Source: a virus. Taken from it: a DNA stretch of 54,276 nt. Numbering within the stretch: the first letter of the stretch is position 1; each line of letters begins with the position of its first letter. A program made the position numbers and the translations under genes. Positions 1-9,249 of this stretch are shown here, in pieces. The stretch lies in IMG/VR virus record IMGVR_UViG_3300029720_000017. The stretch is one strand, 5' to 3'. The notes under the pieces were generated by a model. The model was not told the origin of the DNA. It did no database searches and saw only the letters and a program-made list of their open reading frames with translations.

Positions 1-166
1 CCTTTCTTAACCGATAGTGTCCATATCCGCCTGATAGATGGTTTCCACAGCCTCGCCCAGCTGCTGCGTCAGGCTGTCTATCTCGTTGTTGGCTTCCTCC
101 AGTGCCGTCAGCACCTCTTTGCCGTCACGGTAGAACTTGCCCTCCGTGTACGTGTCACCCATGCCC
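1..166. repeat. terminal overlap copy 1, identical to 54111-54276
   Basis: The string cctttcttaaccgatagtgtccatatccgc... occurs at 1 and again at 54111, and identity runs to the window end. Confidence 0.95.
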
Positions 167-273
167 ACCGGCTTGTCACCGGTGTACACGGCGGAGGGAA
201 AGAACTGCTCGTTCCGCTTGTCCATTTCGATGATGTTGATAACAACACCGTTTTCAACCAATGCGTATCTCAT
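7..273 (-). CDS. hypothetical small protein next to the tail fibres, with a C-terminal coiled-coil
   Basis: ATG at 273 with AAGGAG 8 nt upstream. The N-terminus MRYALVENGVVINII is a type common in small fibre-adjacent phage proteins. Last gene before the junction. Confidence 0.6.
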   Translation of the reverse strand: MRYALVENGVVINIIEMDKRNEQFFPSAVYTGDKPVGMGDTYTEGKFYRDGKEVLTALEEANNEIDSLTQQLGEAVETIYQADMDTIG

Positions 274-276
274 ATC

Positions 277-573
277 TCACGCTCCTTTTGTCAGCGTCAC
301 AGGCCCCTCTCCACTTACGATGTCGCCGAAAGAGGTCGTGCCGCCCTCGCTGCCTATCGCCACGTCGTAGGTGCCATCCAGCACCGCCGTGGCGCTTTTG
401 CCGTCTGCTGTGGTCACTGTTGCCGCCGTGGGCTTGTCAAAGGTCGCCTGTCCGCTTTCCAGCAGCACAACGCTCCCGTCGTCCCTCATGCTGTGCCGTG
501 CCGTGTAGCTGACCGGGAAGTACACCGTACCCCCGCTGATGCCCACTGCGATGGGTTTTCCTGTAATAGCCAT
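277..573 (-). CDS. hypothetical tail-fibre-cluster protein (98 aa)
   Basis: I chose the internal ATG at 573 because AGGAGG lies 6 nt upstream and the upstream gene stops at 585. The ORF-track start at 615 would overlap that gene. Confidence 0.6.
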   Translation of the reverse strand: MAITGKPIAVGISGGTVYFPVSYTARHSMRDDGSVVLLESGQATFDKPTAATVTTADGKSATAVLDGTYDVAIGSEGGTTSFGDIVSGEGPVTLTKGA

Positions 574-584
574 GCAGCACCTCC

Positions 585-1712
585 TTACTGTTTTGTCGCG
601 TTGCTCGCCAGCCACGCGCGGAATTCATCGGACGCTGTTGCTCCGGTGGGGAACGTTAGCACAGCGGGCTGACGGTCTTTTGTATTTTGCCATTCATTGG
701 TGTAAAAGTCATATACTGCAAGGTACTGTTCAGTCGCATCGGTGGAACGCCAAATTCCGAAAAAGGAAGCCGTTGTAGTAGGCAGACCAACCACACGAAC
801 ACCCTTTGCATTGTAGCTTGCAACCGTATAACCCGGCATGGTGAAATTCACCAGTTCTTTGATGGCGGTTGCGGGCTGATAAATCCGGTTATTCATAACC
901 CACGTCCCAGCCAACTCCGGCAGCTCCACGCTCTCACGGAAACACATGATACCGGAACCGCCAGACGCCCCGTGAATATACTTTGTGGAAGTCACTGTTG
1001 CGCCGCCGCCACCGCCACCACCGGTGTTAGCCATACCAGCTGCTGCTGCCTGACTTCCTGTGCCGGATATCCAGCCGCCTGTACCTCCACCACCAGCACC
1101 GCCCGCAGACACTACCGCACTTTGCGCAGACATATACCGCCCACCACCGCCGCCGCCAGCGTACAGTTTACCAAAGCTTTCGCCAAATTCGCGCGTTGTG
1201 AAACCCTGTCCGTTTCCGCCAGTTGCACTCGACGGATATCCAACTTCACCATTATTTCCGTCAGAGCCGCCGGAGCCGTAATCTGAATTAGAGGAAACGC
1301 CACCACCTCCGCCGGAGCCACCCTTACCTCCCTGTACACCTGCATACACGCCGCCATTCACGGTGTAAGCACCAAAGCCAGTCACTCCACCTGGGCGGTT
1401 GGGTGCAACGCCGCCAGCTCCAATGGCCACTTCAAATGAATCATTAGCCTTAACGATAATACTTCGCACGGTTCTGGTATAACCACCGCCGCCGCCTCCG
1501 AACCCGGAAGCCTGCGCGGATGTGCTAATATAACCAGACGCGCCGCCGCCAACCATAAATAGGTCGATAACTTTCGGCTCAAGGAACACAATAGTTCCAC
1601 TCGTCAGCAGCTCTACCACGCCATCTTTTCGCACCACGTAGTCCCCTGTGTAGGTAAATTTCATCTTCGGCTTACCACCGGCACAAACAGGGGAACCATA
1701 GATTGTGCTCAT
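585..1712 (-). CDS. glycine-rich tail fibre / host-recognition protein
   Basis: 375 aa with repeated poly-Gly blocks (FGGGGGGY, GGKGGSGGGGG, AGGGGGGRY, NTGGGGGGGAT) and a non-Gly C-terminal domain. Located in the fibre cluster. Confidence 0.6.
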   Translation of the reverse strand: MSTIYGSPVCAGGKPKMKFTYTGDYVVRKDGVVELLTSGTIVFLEPKVIDLFMVGGGASGYISTSAQASGFGGGGGGYTRTVRSIIVKANDSFEVAIGAGGVAPNRPGGVTGFGAYTVNGGVYAGVQGGKGGSGGGGGVSSNSDYGSGGSDGNNGEVGYPSSATGGNGQGFTTREFGESFGKLYAGGGGGGRYMSAQSAVVSAGGAGGGGTGGWISGTGSQAAAAGMANTGGGGGGGATVTSTKYIHGASGGSGIMCFRESVELPELAGTWVMNNRIYQPATAIKELVNFTMPGYTVASYNAKGVRVVGLPTTTASFFGIWRSTDATEQYLAVYDFYTNEWQNTKDRQPAVLTFPTGATASDEFRAWLASNATKQ

Positions 1713-1734
1713 TTGAAAATCTCCCTTCCGTGTA

Positions 1735-2445
1735 TCAATTCTGATACACCATCATTTTTGTCGCTTGAATTGTCATAGTGGTCGTAGGTGCCTTACCCAG
1801 AGAAGTGACTACAACAGTACCATCAGTATTTTCCACTGTCATAACGGTGACACCAGCCTCATTGAGAGCAGATATCTGTTCAGGCGAGGGCTGCAAATCA
1901 TACTTGTACTTAGGGTTTTCACCTATGAGCACCGTCTGAGTAAACTCACTGGAGGACACCTCCGTCCATGTGGTAGATAGAGTGATAGACAGAAGAATGA
2001 CCTTCGGCTCATAATCAGCGGGTTCAGGAGGCTCACTGGCACCTTCATAAGTGTATATAAACACCAATCTCAGAGCCATAGCCACGCTGGGAGTTCCACC
2101 AATACAAGTCACGATAATGTTACCATCTACGTTATTAGCCTGCATGAGAGTCACACCATCGTTGACAATCTGTGCGAGTTGCTCCACTGTGAGTGAGACG
2201 TCCACCCGGTAATGAGTGTCTTGACCGGTAAGAACGGTCTGTGTATAGGGGTCTTCTCCTGACCAAGAGGTGGACAGCGTAACAGTTTCTTCAAATACCT
2301 TGGGTTGATATGAAGCTACACCGACTGCTCGCTGTCCATCTGCTTGGTAGAAGACTTTGCCCTCACTAACACTCGCCGGGGTCGCCGTCGTATCGGTGAC
2401 GTCCATCAATGTCTCACCGAAGTACTCTACCCGGCTGTTAGCCAC
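1735..2445 (-). CDS. tail fibre-like protein with an internally duplicated ~88-aa domain
   Basis: GTG start at 2445 with GGAG 10 nt upstream. Residues ~45-135 and ~145-232 are clearly homologous to each other and to the C-terminus of the 3618-4664 product. Confidence 0.65.
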   Translation of the reverse strand: MANSRVEYFGETLMDVTDTTATPASVSEGKVFYQADGQRAVGVASYQPKVFEETVTLSTSWSGEDPYTQTVLTGQDTHYRVDVSLTVEQLAQIVNDGVTLMQANNVDGNIIVTCIGGTPSVAMALRLVFIYTYEGASEPPEPADYEPKVILLSITLSTTWTEVSSSEFTQTVLIGENPKYKYDLQPSPEQISALNEAGVTVMTVENTDGTVVVTSLGKAPTTTMTIQATKMMVYQN

Positions 2446-2450
2446 TCACA

Positions 2451-3038
2451 TCACGCTCCAATCGTTACGGTCTGACCGCCAGCAGGATTGTCGGCGTAAG
2501 AAATGGGAACACCGTTCACCACCACTTCAGTCAAGTGGTCGTAGCCTTCATCGGGCAGAACAGAGAACTGGTCTTTGGCAGGAGTAACGGTCTTCTTCTG
2601 GCCGTTCACCAGCTCACCAGCGTAGTCACCAGTGACACCGAGGATTTCAACACCGCTCTTGATGTTGCCCGCAATCAGCTTGGCAGCTTCAGTTTCGTCC
2701 AGACCAGCAGTACCGGAACCATCATGGTAGCCAGCCGGGATGGGAACGGTGACGCCCTTCTGAGTAACTTTCAGGGCAACAGCGCCCTTGTTAGGCATAG
2801 TACCAGTGACCTTCTGGCCGCCGACATACGCGGTCTTACCCAGCAGAATTTCCGCAGCAGTTGCAGTCGCATTGGAAGTATCGGAGTCGAAGGTACAAGT
2901 ACCAACAACAGGAGCACCAGTCTTGTCATGAGCGGTGATACCCTTCAGCAGCTTGTCAGCAGTAACGTTGTCGCCTGTCAAGTCCATCAGTACCTGACCA
3001 TAGAAGATTATTTTGGAATTGTACTTGGTTTCGGGCAT
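2451..3038 (-). CDS. tail fibre-like protein
   Basis: AGGAGG RBS. The N-terminal motif FYGQVLMDLTGDNVTADKLLKGITAHDKTGAPVVGT resembles the N-terminus of the 1735-2445 product and recurs internally (LLGKTAYVGGQKVTGT, IKSGVEILGVTGD). Confidence 0.6.
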   Translation of the reverse strand: MPETKYNSKIIFYGQVLMDLTGDNVTADKLLKGITAHDKTGAPVVGTCTFDSDTSNATATAAEILLGKTAYVGGQKVTGTMPNKGAVALKVTQKGVTVPIPAGYHDGSGTAGLDETEAAKLIAGNIKSGVEILGVTGDYAGELVNGQKKTVTPAKDQFSVLPDEGYDHLTEVVVNGVPISYADNPAGGQTVTIGA

Positions 3039-3042
3039 TTTG

Positions 3043-3312
3043 TTATCCTCCTATTGTAATAGTTTTGCCACACGAAGGGTTATCAACGACGTAACGCGGG
3101 ATGGCTTTGAACGTTACATCGTTCTTCATGAGTTTATCCTTGGTCAGTAGTACAGAATCCTCCAGCCCCGGATACAGCTCGTATGAACCCTTGTACACCT
3201 CAGAGGCCACTCCTGTAACCACACCAAAATCGATGTCAAACAGGTACTCTTGAGGAGTGAATTGAGCTTCAAACAGGTTGTCTACCGCCGTGAACTGGAC
3301 ATCAACTATCAT
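3043..3312 (-). CDS. hypothetical fibre-cluster protein (89 aa)
   Basis: ATG at 3312 lies 9 nt after AGGAGG, whereas the ORF-track GTG at 3321 abuts the RBS. The C-terminus DNPSCGKTITIGG resembles the C-terminus DNPAGGQTVTIGA of the 2451-3038 product. Confidence 0.6.
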   Translation of the reverse strand: MIVDVQFTAVDNLFEAQFTPQEYLFDIDFGVVTGVASEVYKGSYELYPGLEDSVLLTKDKLMKNDVTFKAIPRYVVDNPSCGKTITIGG

Positions 3313-3616
3313 CCAGCTCACCCTCCTTCAACACATCCTCCACGCTACAACTTATGATACCGGAATTCAACCGAGAGGAGCCAATACCCACTCTCAACTG
3401 AATCTTTACTGGATACACCGCCTTGAACAGAGCTGTTTCCTCTTCTGTAAGAGTAACCGAAATGGAGTTATCTCTAAGAGTGACATCCTCAAGGTGTTTC
3501 TCCATCAAAATGGTATCAGCCTGTTCATAAACGATAGACAGCAAAGTGATGGTAGAAGGGTCAAAAGGGACGGTGAAGATATGCGTCGGAGTAGTGTACC
3601 GTCCAACTCTTGCCAT
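3302..3616 (-). CDS. hypothetical baseplate/fibre-associated protein
   Basis: GGAGGTG RBS and tight packing in the tail module. No motif I can name. Confidence 0.55.
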   Translation of the reverse strand: MARVGRYTTPTHIFTVPFDPSTITLLSIVYEQADTILMEKHLEDVTLRDNSISVTLTEEETALFKAVYPVKIQLRVGIGSSRLNSGIISCSVEDVLKEGELDDS

Positions 3617-3617
3617 A

Positions 3618-4664
3618 TTACATCACCTCCGTCAGTGTTGCTTGTATGGTTAGGTCTATAGAGGGCTTGTTTTTCAGAGCCTTGGCTGTGAATACACCAT
3701 TGATATTGTCTACCTTGAGAGCCAAAACACCATCTTCAACGATTTGCATAATAATCGTATCATCTGGCTGGAGGTCTACCAAATCATTAGCTGTACCCGA
3801 AGGGATGCTCACAATCTGAGTATAGGGGGATTCACTGCCAACCCAGCCAGCAGCTGTCATGCTGATAGTTACCTTACGAGGCTTGAGAGCTGTTTTTGCC
3901 TTGGGGATACCAGAATCGACCAGATTACCAGAAGAGTCAAGGCTCGGAAGATTACCTTCCGTCGCGTTGACTACCTTATCCGCCTTGGTATCATCCAAGT
4001 CATCAATCAGGTTGAGTAAGTGTCCAGCCGTATCAGCGTCCAGGATGTCCTTAATGGTTGCAAACCATGCCCGGAAGTCAGCCTCATTGACGGTCTTGAA
4101 CTGATTCAAGTCGCTCTGAATCTGATTGTACAGGGTAGTCGTGTCCACTTGAGTAACCGCGCCAGTAACGATACCACAGATGGCGGTGTTCATACGAGTG
4201 TCCTCGATTGCGGCCTGAGTGATAGTCGTCGCTCCTGCATTTACATTTACGATAGCCACACACAGGTCATAGTAGTCGGCCGTTCTTACAGGGCTGGGAG
4301 CCACAGCAGACGCGCCAGGATTGCCCTGAATTTTGTAAGCCTTGACTACACGACCGGCCTTGTCCCACCGAATAATGATGGCATCCTTACGGTTGAGAAC
4401 ACCATCTGCAACACCGATGTCAAAGGAGATGGCCGCAGTATTCTCATAGGTGTAGCCATTGATGTATCCATAACCGGGCTGTAACAGCACCGTCATATTG
4501 GGACTGGGTGCCGCAGTTACCTGCAAGCCAGTGCTTGGATTGGGGAAGACTCCGTTGGCTATGAAGCGGGAGAAATACGCAGCGAAGTCTTCTGCAAGAT
4601 ATTCTCTGTCATAGTTTCCGCTGGAGTCTGCTACTGCATTGAAAAATCCGCTTTTCTCAGCCAT
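3618..4664 (-). CDS. tail fibre / receptor-binding protein
   Basis: The N-terminus GFFNAV..YDREYLAEDFAAYFSRFIANGVF is a type seen in Firmicutes siphophage fibre/baseplate proteins. It also has a coiled-coil neck and a C-terminal copy (aa 261-346) of the domain duplicated in the 1735-2445 product. Confidence 0.6.
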   Translation of the reverse strand: MAEKSGFFNAVADSSGNYDREYLAEDFAAYFSRFIANGVFPNPSTGLQVTAAPSPNMTVLLQPGYGYINGYTYENTAAISFDIGVADGVLNRKDAIIIRWDKAGRVVKAYKIQGNPGASAVAPSPVRTADYYDLCVAIVNVNAGATTITQAAIEDTRMNTAICGIVTGAVTQVDTTTLYNQIQSDLNQFKTVNEADFRAWFATIKDILDADTAGHLLNLIDDLDDTKADKVVNATEGNLPSLDSSGNLVDSGIPKAKTALKPRKVTISMTAAGWVGSESPYTQIVSIPSGTANDLVDLQPDDTIIMQIVEDGVLALKVDNINGVFTAKALKNKPSIDLTIQATLTEVM

Positions 4665-5770
4665 TACATCATCCTCACTTTCAGTTTCTGTGTCAAGGTG
4701 AGAGGTCCAAACCCGAATGTCAAGTTCAGGGACTCACCCTTGGAGCTATAAGAGTGCTCAGCCTCAGTGATAATGGCGTCAAGCTGGATACCCAGCTGAG
4801 AGTCAAACACTGTGACCTTGTCACCGAGGAAATAATCAACACCATACCGAATGTTTCCTTGGGTGTTGATTGTTCCGTCGAAGCTCTCTACCCTTCGGCA
4901 CTCAGCCAGCTTCTCCGAGCCGCGCTGTTTGAGGACTTCAAGGTATTCTTCTGCTGTCATTGCCATACCATTGTTATCGGTACTTTGAAGGTCTCTGGCA
5001 TCTACAAAGATTTCTTTACGGGACTTCCCGCTTACTTCACCGACCGTGGTATAGGTACGCTCAATTCCTTCGCCCTCACCAGCTATAAGAGCCACATTAC
5101 GAGAGTCTTGGGTATTGAGATTGTACTCGGACTCCAGCATGTTTTCAAAGAGGTAAGAGAACAGACATGGAGCTACTTCCGTCTGGTTGATAGTTCTGTC
5201 TGTACCCTTGTACACTTTGAAGACCATTCTTTTATTCGGGAGCTCCAGCCGCAGCTGGAAGCCCAAGTTGTCAGGACTACACAGAGCAATCAGATTGTCT
5301 CCCACTACTCCGCCAGTGTCCTGCAGAGCGGTCTTTACACCGAGCTGAACTGCCTTATCCGCATCCAGAGCCACGATGTCCGAGATAGCGCGGGCAGCGA
5401 TAGTCGGCGCGGTGACGTGTTTTTCCACCATATCGTACGCTATATCGCTCGGGAAGCCCGACTTAGTGTATAACCCCCAGCATATCCTCCGGAACAAAAA
5501 TTCCTCAAGCAAGTTGCCCTTCACGGTCAGTTCCGGGACGCCTTTGGAACTGATGGTTTTCTGCACCACTCCGATGATACCGGCGATACCCTTGTCCATG
5601 TCAAACAGAACAATTCGCTCTTCCTGTACCAGTGTAGTATTCGTGCTGTCAAGAGGGAGATTGAGCTGGAAAGTACCGAGGGAGCAGTACCCCTCTGTAT
5701 AAATGACTGCTACCGGATTAGAGAGAAAGCCTTGGAGTTCGTAGTCCTGTGTAAGGATTGCAATATCCAT
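4664..5770 (-). CDS. tail-tip protein, Siphovirus Gp37-like
   Basis: The N-terminus MDIAILTQDYELQGFL..GTFQLNLP...ELTVKGNLLEEFLFRRI matches my recollection of the ReqiPepy6 Gp37-like family. It lies directly after Dit. Confidence 0.6.
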   Translation of the reverse strand: MDIAILTQDYELQGFLSNPVAVIYTEGYCSLGTFQLNLPLDSTNTTLVQEERIVLFDMDKGIAGIIGVVQKTISSKGVPELTVKGNLLEEFLFRRICWGLYTKSGFPSDIAYDMVEKHVTAPTIAARAISDIVALDADKAVQLGVKTALQDTGGVVGDNLIALCSPDNLGFQLRLELPNKRMVFKVYKGTDRTINQTEVAPCLFSYLFENMLESEYNLNTQDSRNVALIAGEGEGIERTYTTVGEVSGKSRKEIFVDARDLQSTDNNGMAMTAEEYLEVLKQRGSEKLAECRRVESFDGTINTQGNIRYGVDYFLGDKVTVFDSQLGIQLDAIITEAEHSYSSKGESLNLTFGFGPLTLTQKLKVRMM

Positions 5771-6651
5771 TACTTCTGCACCTCCAGATACCCGGTATCA
5801 TAGTACACCTCCACAGAGAGGTTTACCACACCCTCTTCCGCGCCATAACGGATATAAGTTTCTCCCACCGGAAGGGAGAAAAAGGTGGAGCTGAGGTCAA
5901 GAAGATTGAATGCATTGGTTTCTACACCGTTGGAGATTTTCTTGACCGTCTTGTTGTTAGGCACTGTACTGACTCGGAGGGTCTCATCAGCCTCCATTGT
6001 CTCAACCAGTCGAATCTTCTCCTGAGTGAGGATATTGAGGATGTAGGGATTTTTGACAGTGCCAGAGGCTTCAAACGTTACCACAAACCCGCACGGCATG
6101 GAGCCATCGTTGTTCAGAGCTGTGATACTGGCTGGACTCCGTAGACCCATGATGATACCCTTGTCTTTAGGGATAATCAGCGGGAAATGGAACTTGGGCA
6201 GCCAGTCAGCAATGAGAACGTTGGTGCCGTTCTCCGTATGGAACAGAGGGTCAGGGCAGAACAGCGAAATCATGAACTTACACAGGACTTCATTGTTGGT
6301 ACTGATGTCTGTGCCATAGGAGATAGTTTTGGTGGGAATACCATCAATCTGGTACTCCTCGTAATGGAGTCGAAGCTGCTGCAAAGGATTGACAAACCGA
6401 TTGAGGAAATTTTTCCTTCTGGTCATGTCAGCCTGAGAGTCAGCCACCACCCAACCGATGATGTTGATGGTACGAGACTCGAGAGTAGTGCCTGTCACAT
6501 ACACGCCCACCTGATTGATGTACTTGTATGTGTTGCGGGAGCTCTGGATAGTTCCAAAGTCCGCGCTGTCCAGTACGTACTCACGATTGCTGATGTTTAT
6601 GGGAAGGGAGGTGCCTATGGACAGATTTTCGAGAACAATACTTTCAATCAT
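5770..6651 (-). CDS. distal tail protein (Dit, phage tail family)
   Basis: 293 aa immediately downstream of the tape measure, with an AGGAGGTG RBS. Size and position are typical. Confidence 0.7.
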   Translation of the reverse strand: MIESIVLENLSIGTSLPINISNREYVLDSADFGTIQSSRNTYKYINQVGVYVTGTTLESRTINIIGWVVADSQADMTRRKNFLNRFVNPLQQLRLHYEEYQIDGIPTKTISYGTDISTNNEVLCKFMISLFCPDPLFHTENGTNVLIADWLPKFHFPLIIPKDKGIIMGLRSPASITALNNDGSMPCGFVVTFEASGTVKNPYILNILTQEKIRLVETMEADETLRVSTVPNNKTVKKISNGVETNAFNLLDLSSTFFSLPVGETYIRYGAEEGVVNLSVEVYYDTGYLEVQK

Positions 6652-6663
6652 GTAGACACCTCC

Positions 6664-8964
6664 TTACACCAAACCTTCAGCGAGTTCTATCTTGACCCGC
6701 TTGAATTCACGCGCCGCAGTCACCGGGTCAATGGCTTCGGGCGAGTAGAAGTTGAATGTGTCACCATTGGACTCACCGTATCTTTGGTTTTCCTGCTTGG
6801 TCAGGATACGTTCACCCTGATGTACCCGCACGGTCATGTCACGAGGAACATAATCCAAACCAGAAGCATAAGAACCTCTAACCCCACTTGTGGCATCGCT
6901 GTATCCTTCCTTGGCTGCACCGAAGATGCTCTTGATTTTCTGAACCACACCATCAATCCAAGAAGAGATTTTCTGCCAGATGGATTTCAGGCCGTCCCAC
7001 AAACCAGTGAAGATATCAGCGCCAATCTGGAACAGTGCCTTGGGTAGAGTTTTCAAGTAGTTGATTGCCTTGGTAAACCACTCCTTGAATTTGCCGGGGA
7101 GCTTTTTCAATCCTTCAACAAACGCCTTGAGGAAGTTGGCGATGGCTTCCTTAGCCTTGTTGTAGATATCAACAGCCCACTGAACGATACGATTGAAAGC
7201 CTCAACCAGCCATTCCCAGATGCGACCGGGGAGCTCCGAGAACCATGTACCGATGTCAGAAATAATCTGAGGAATTGCTTCCTTGAGATGATTCCACATA
7301 TCAGTAGTCCACTGGACAACCTTACCCACAGCGAAGCCCAACCAGTATGCAATCCGTTCAGGAAGGGTAGCAAACCAGTTCACTACTTCATCAAGGAACT
7401 GACCAATTTTGGTAGGCAAGTTCTTGAAGAACGAGATGACATCCTGGATGGCTTGGTCAAACCAGTCCACAACTGCATTGAATACAGCTTTAATCCCTTC
7501 CCACAGGTCTATCCAAAACTGACGGAACTCCTCACAGTTGTTCCACAGGTAGATGAAAGCAGCCACCAGAGCTGCGATTGCTGTGATTATCAACCCTATG
7601 GGATTTGCTGCCATAATAGCATTCAACCCTGCAAATAAGGTTTGTAACTTTGGAAGTAGGGCAATGATTCGTGTTACAAAGCCAACTACTTTACCCAAGA
7701 TAAGGAGGACTGGACCAACAACAGCAGTGATTTTGAGGATGTTGATAATCACTTGTTTCTGCTTATCTGTAAGGCTTGAAAGCCAGCCAATAACTTTCTG
7801 AAGTGTCTGATTGAGAGAGTCAAGCATAGGAGTCAACAGCTCTCCAAAGGATGCCGCAAGGTTTTGAGCGCTGTTGCGAAGCATAGCCAACTTAGATTCA
7901 GTTGTTCCATACCGGGTCTCCGCTTCGTTTACCAGAGCTGTATTCTCTTCCCATGCCTTGTTTGCAGTATCAATAGAGTCTGCAAGCAGGTCAGAAGCCA
8001 AACCCAGAGACTTCAACATATTGGACTGACGGATACCAGTCAAACCGAGGTTATCAAGTACCAATACAGCGGACTCGCCGCTCTCGTCCAGTTTACCCAA
8101 CCCTGTGATAAAAGACTGGATAGCAGTTATTGGAGAAGTTTCCCAAGCGGTTGCAAATTCTTTGGAAGTCATGCCGGAGACTCGAGCGAACTCAGCCAGC
8201 TTTTCTCCTCCAGTTGCTACGGCTTTTTCAATCTCATTGAAGGTCTGTGTCATAGCAGTACCACCAGCCTCGGCCTCGATACCAACAGAAGACATAGCCG
8301 TAGCCAGAGCCATCAACTCAGCTTCCGTAAGACCAGCCAGTTTACCACCAGCAGCCAATCTATTGGTCATAGCCACAATCTCAGACTCAGTGGTAGCAAA
8401 ATTGTTACCCAAATCAACGATTGTTGCACCGAACCGAGAGACATCCTCGCTGGAGGTGCCCATGATGTTCATTACTCGCGCAATAGAAGTAGCTGCCTCT
8501 TCCGAGCTCAGGTTGGTTGCATCTCCCAGCATCACCATGGTCTTCGTGAACTGAAGCAAGCTGTCTGTGCCACGGACACCCAGCTGACCAGCCACTTCCA
8601 TAACACCGGCAATCTCAGAGGCCGACTGAGGCATGGTACTACTCATCTTTTTGATACCATCGCTTAGAGCAGCGAACTCTTCTTCCGTGGCATCCACGGT
8701 CTTACGAACACCGGTAAATGCGGACTCAAAGTCGACCGCTGCTTTCGTAGCTACCGTTCCCAATCCAGCAAGAGGAACAGTAACGTTCTTGGTCAAGGTC
8801 TTACCAGCAGAGGTGAACGCAGAACCAAGTCCTGTTAATTTATCTGTTACAGTTGCTCCTTCACTCTTAAATACGTTCAGCTGAGATAGAGCGCCCTTAA
8901 TGCCATCCTTAAAGCTGGTTGTATCAAGCAGAAGATAGCCAACTGCACTTCCGAGATTTATCAA
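6664..8964 (-). CDS. tail tape measure protein
   Basis: 766 aa with a TP901-type core (MPQSASEIAGVMEVAGQLGVRG), a long helical/TM-rich centre and W-rich repeats. TTG start with AAGGGGGTG upstream. Confidence 0.9.
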   Translation of the reverse strand: MINLGSAVGYLLLDTTSFKDGIKGALSQLNVFKSEGATVTDKLTGLGSAFTSAGKTLTKNVTVPLAGLGTVATKAAVDFESAFTGVRKTVDATEEEFAALSDGIKKMSSTMPQSASEIAGVMEVAGQLGVRGTDSLLQFTKTMVMLGDATNLSSEEAATSIARVMNIMGTSSEDVSRFGATIVDLGNNFATTESEIVAMTNRLAAGGKLAGLTEAELMALATAMSSVGIEAEAGGTAMTQTFNEIEKAVATGGEKLAEFARVSGMTSKEFATAWETSPITAIQSFITGLGKLDESGESAVLVLDNLGLTGIRQSNMLKSLGLASDLLADSIDTANKAWEENTALVNEAETRYGTTESKLAMLRNSAQNLAASFGELLTPMLDSLNQTLQKVIGWLSSLTDKQKQVIINILKITAVVGPVLLILGKVVGFVTRIIALLPKLQTLFAGLNAIMAANPIGLIITAIAALVAAFIYLWNNCEEFRQFWIDLWEGIKAVFNAVVDWFDQAIQDVISFFKNLPTKIGQFLDEVVNWFATLPERIAYWLGFAVGKVVQWTTDMWNHLKEAIPQIISDIGTWFSELPGRIWEWLVEAFNRIVQWAVDIYNKAKEAIANFLKAFVEGLKKLPGKFKEWFTKAINYLKTLPKALFQIGADIFTGLWDGLKSIWQKISSWIDGVVQKIKSIFGAAKEGYSDATSGVRGSYASGLDYVPRDMTVRVHQGERILTKQENQRYGESNGDTFNFYSPEAIDPVTAAREFKRVKIELAEGLV

Positions 8965-8976
8965 GGTTTCACCCCC

Positions 8977-9249
8977 TTACGTGTATTGAGAGTAGAGGTC
9001 ACTGAACGAACGGTACTTTGTACGGAACACAGGCTCCTCCTCTGAGTCTATCTTATTCATAATGTATGCACAAGCTTCATCAAAACAGTAGGCCGTGTAC
9101 TCATCCAAAGCACCCATCAATTCAGAGGGTCTCACCTTGTACCGTTGAGCGATACCGAGAATTCTCAGTATGTCACGACTCCCCACGAAAGGGCTGGAGT
9201 GCCTTGATACCCTGCTGGGTGTAGTTGAAGATGAACATGTACTGCTCAT
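8977..9249 (-). CDS. tail assembly chaperone extension (gpT-like), expressed only by frameshift from the 9173-9559 frame
   Basis: The ORF overlaps the 3' end of the gpG-like gene and ends 10 nt before the tape measure start. It has no RBS of its own. Its frame is +1 relative to gpG. Confidence 0.6.
   Translation of the reverse strand: MSSTCSSSTTPSRVSRHSSPFVGSRDILRILGIAQRYKVRPSELMGALDEYTAYCFDEACAYIMNKIDSEEEPVFRTKYRSFSDLYSQYT

Noticed and set aside
1-166. The end repeat as a genuine direct terminal repeat (DTR) of the virion DNA.
   Set aside because: The terminase is PBSX/headful-type, the repeat cuts through the 3' part of a gene, and no terminus-like features are present. An assembly-closure overlap is more parsimonious, but I cannot exclude a DTR from sequence alone.
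7-273. Calling the 88-aa protein XkdW because an XkdX-like gene follows.
   Set aside because: Its sequence does not resemble B. subtilis XkdW as I recall it, and only the position is analogous. I left it hypothetical.
585-1712. The glycine-rich protein as a collagen-like (G-X-Y) protein.
   Set aside because: The glycines occur as homopolymeric runs, not as a G-X-Y triplet periodicity.
8977-9249. The 90-aa ORF as an independent gene starting at its ATG (9249).
   Set aside because: It has no RBS, and its first ~25 codons overlap the gpG-like gene. Its position and size fit the frameshift-dependent gpT extension.
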